Positions 37,600 through 38,563 of a DNA stretch of 38,563 bases are shown here, in pieces. Origin of the DNA: Promethearchaeota archaeon (GTDB lineage: Archaea; Asgardarchaeota; Lokiarchaeia; Sigyniarchaeales; SOKP01); contig JAFGGO010000093.1 in assembly GCA_016930515.1 (NCBI GenBank), positions 1 through 38,563 of the forward strand, written 5' to 3'. Positions within the stretch are counted from its first letter, which is position 1; each line of letters opens with the position of its first letter. The notes beneath the pieces were generated by a model. The model was not told where the DNA came from. It saw only the letters and a program-made list of their open reading frames with translations, and ran no database searches. A program made the position numbers and the translations under genes.

Positions 37600-38106
37600 T
37601 TATTTTAATTTCTTGTCGGCACCGATGTTTTTCAATAAGGTTTGAAGTTCGTTTACATCGGGAACCGCAACAGGTGGCAATCCTAATTGCTCTCGCCTTT
37701 TTTCAATGGCGGGTTGGGAAGGAATAGCCTTTGCGCTATCGTAAATCGCTTTTGCTTGGGCGTAAATTGAATCTGGTGCATCACCTTTAGCAGTGCTCAC
37801 ATTCTTCAAGAACGAAAACACTTCCGTTAACTCGATGTGCTGTGGGCACACCTCGTCGCAGGTATCGCAAACGGTGCATCCCCAAATCGCCAATTTATCG
37901 GCGTTCAAGAGCAAATCCTTGAATCCCAAGAGAGAACCGAGAATGATATGTCGAGGGTTGTAGCCAGATGTTCCATAAAAGTCCATGGTAACGGCAGCAA
38001 CCGGACAATTATCAGTGCAGCGATTGCATTGATAACAATACTTAATGGCTTCAGATCCTATGTGGAAATCCATTATTTGTTTTCTAAATTCAAAATCTAA
38101 TGACAT
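37600..38106 (-). CDS. hdrC: Heterodisulfide reductase subunit C
   Basis: CYQCNRCTDNCP and WGCTVCDTCDEVCP (two 4Fe-4S motifs), NPRHII, R.QLGLP; directly upstream of hdrB. Confidence 0.92.
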   Translation of the reverse strand: MSLDFEFRKQIMDFHIGSEAIKYCYQCNRCTDNCPVAAVTMDFYGTSGYNPRHIILGSLLGFKDLLLNADKLAIWGCTVCDTCDEVCPQHIELTEVFSFLKNVSTAKGDAPDSIYAQAKAIYDSAKAIPSQPAIEKRREQLGLPPVAVPDVNELQTLLKNIGADKKLK

Positions 38107-38156
38107 TTTTTTTTCACTTTTTTCGATTTTTTTTTCAATATTTATCGTTTATAAGT

Positions 38157-38228
38157 GTTGGTTTTAACCCGTGCAAGGGCAGTCATGTCCAATCTATATT
38201 TTGTACTGGACAATCAACCTAAACCAAC
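38157..38228 (-). promoter_or_regulatory. Candidate eukaryote-like SECIS element
   Basis: mRNA UGAU-UGUCCAGU-ACAAAAUAUAG-AUUGGACA-UGAC (38216 to 38182): tandem G.A/A.G core, 8-bp helix, A-rich apical loop. Basal stem GUUGGUUUA (38228-38220) / UAAAACCAAC (38166-38157). Confidence 0.7.
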
Positions 38229-38363
38229 GTTCAGCTTGCGAGAGTAAATCTCTTCGCCCTGCTCGTCAACAACCGTGACATGAGCAGCGCAGGATAGTCA
38301 GCAATCAAAGCATCTGACTATCATTTCCAAGACATTTACTACTCCTTCTGGTACATCACTCAT
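38214..38363 (-). CDS. vhuU: Selenocysteine-containing small hydrogenase subunit (split C-terminus of the [NiFe(Se)] large subunit)
   Basis: MSDVPEGVVNVLEMIVRCFDC-U-LSCAAHVTVVDEQGEEIYSRKLNVGLG*. In-frame TGA at 38298-38300 (codon 22) occupies the first-Cys position of the DPCxxCxxH Ni-binding motif. Not in the ORF track. Confidence 0.9.
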
Positions 38364-38406
38364 CTTGTTATTTCACTTCGAACATTTAATTTTGATTTTA
38401 GTACAT

Positions 38407-38563
38407 TTATTTGATCCACGGATCTGGAAGCTTCAATCCGTCCAGTGCCTTGTCTTCGAACACCTGCTTTGCTACATGCATGAGGGTTTTTTCGATACCG
38501 GCGATGTTGTGATTCGTCGCCACCAGCAGGTTGGCCTTCTTGCACATGCCTTGAGCGTCGGAC
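38407..38563 (-). CDS. vhuA: 3' end of F420-non-reducing hydrogenase large subunit (MvhA/VhuA type), truncated by the window edge
   Basis: Frame from 38562 reads SDAQGMCKKANLLVATNHNIAGIEKTLMHVAKQVFEDKALDGLKLPDPWIK*. ANL.VAT.HN is typical of MvhA, and it stops without the C-terminal DPCxxC motif. Confidence 0.85.
   Translation of the reverse strand, partial: SDAQGMCKKANLLVATNHNIAGIEKTLMHVAKQVFEDKALDGLKLPDPWIK

Noticed and set aside
38142-38216. Readthrough of the second vhuU UGA, adding LSSTKYRLDMTALARVKTNTYKR
   Set aside because: The extension resembles nothing, it coincides with the SECIS hairpin, and the tail after the His is already of plausible length.
38360-38545. 61-aa ORF in the supplied track (MQEGQPAGG...)
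   Set aside because: Wrong frame; the overlapping frame encodes the recognisable hydrogenase large-subunit C-terminus.
1-38563. CRISPR array, tRNA/rRNA, IS element or diversity-generating retroelement
   Set aside because: No regularly spaced repeats, cloverleaf, transposase, integrase or reverse transcriptase seen by eye; the paralog similarities are protein-level and diverged. A covariance-model scan was not possible.

Overview
AT-rich archaeal chromosomal segment, most consistent with an Asgard archaeon (Lokiarchaeia-like); this is inferred from gene content, not from a marker gene. Housekeeping and energy genes: fwdA, mobA, purF, hisH/hisF, hypF, hdrC/hdrB and the 3' end of an mvhA/vhuA-type hydrogenase large subunit. 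Main points of interest: (1) a ~9.5 kb co-oriented, bacterial-type locus of unknown function at 20435-29928. It holds two STM4015-like LRR proteins plus a collapsed third copy, an ATP-grasp enzyme, an alkaline-phosphatase-superfamily enzyme, two radical SAM enzymes, a His-rich 98-aa protein, an LRR-DUF6745-like protein and a SWIM-ligase-WGR protein. (2) A selenoprotein gene (vhuU) missed by the ORF track, with an in-frame UGA and a eukaryote-like SECIS candidate whose core UGA is also the gene's stop codon. (3) A receptor-like family (beta-helix/PKD ectodomain, TM helix, RING-like Zn finger) in two intact copies plus a decayed third. (4) Two coiled-coil/proline-rich/Zn-ribbon paralogs. (5) A ZIP transporter pseudogene. 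I recognised no rRNA, tRNA, CRISPR array or transposase. All family calls come from motif recognition by eye; no searches were run.
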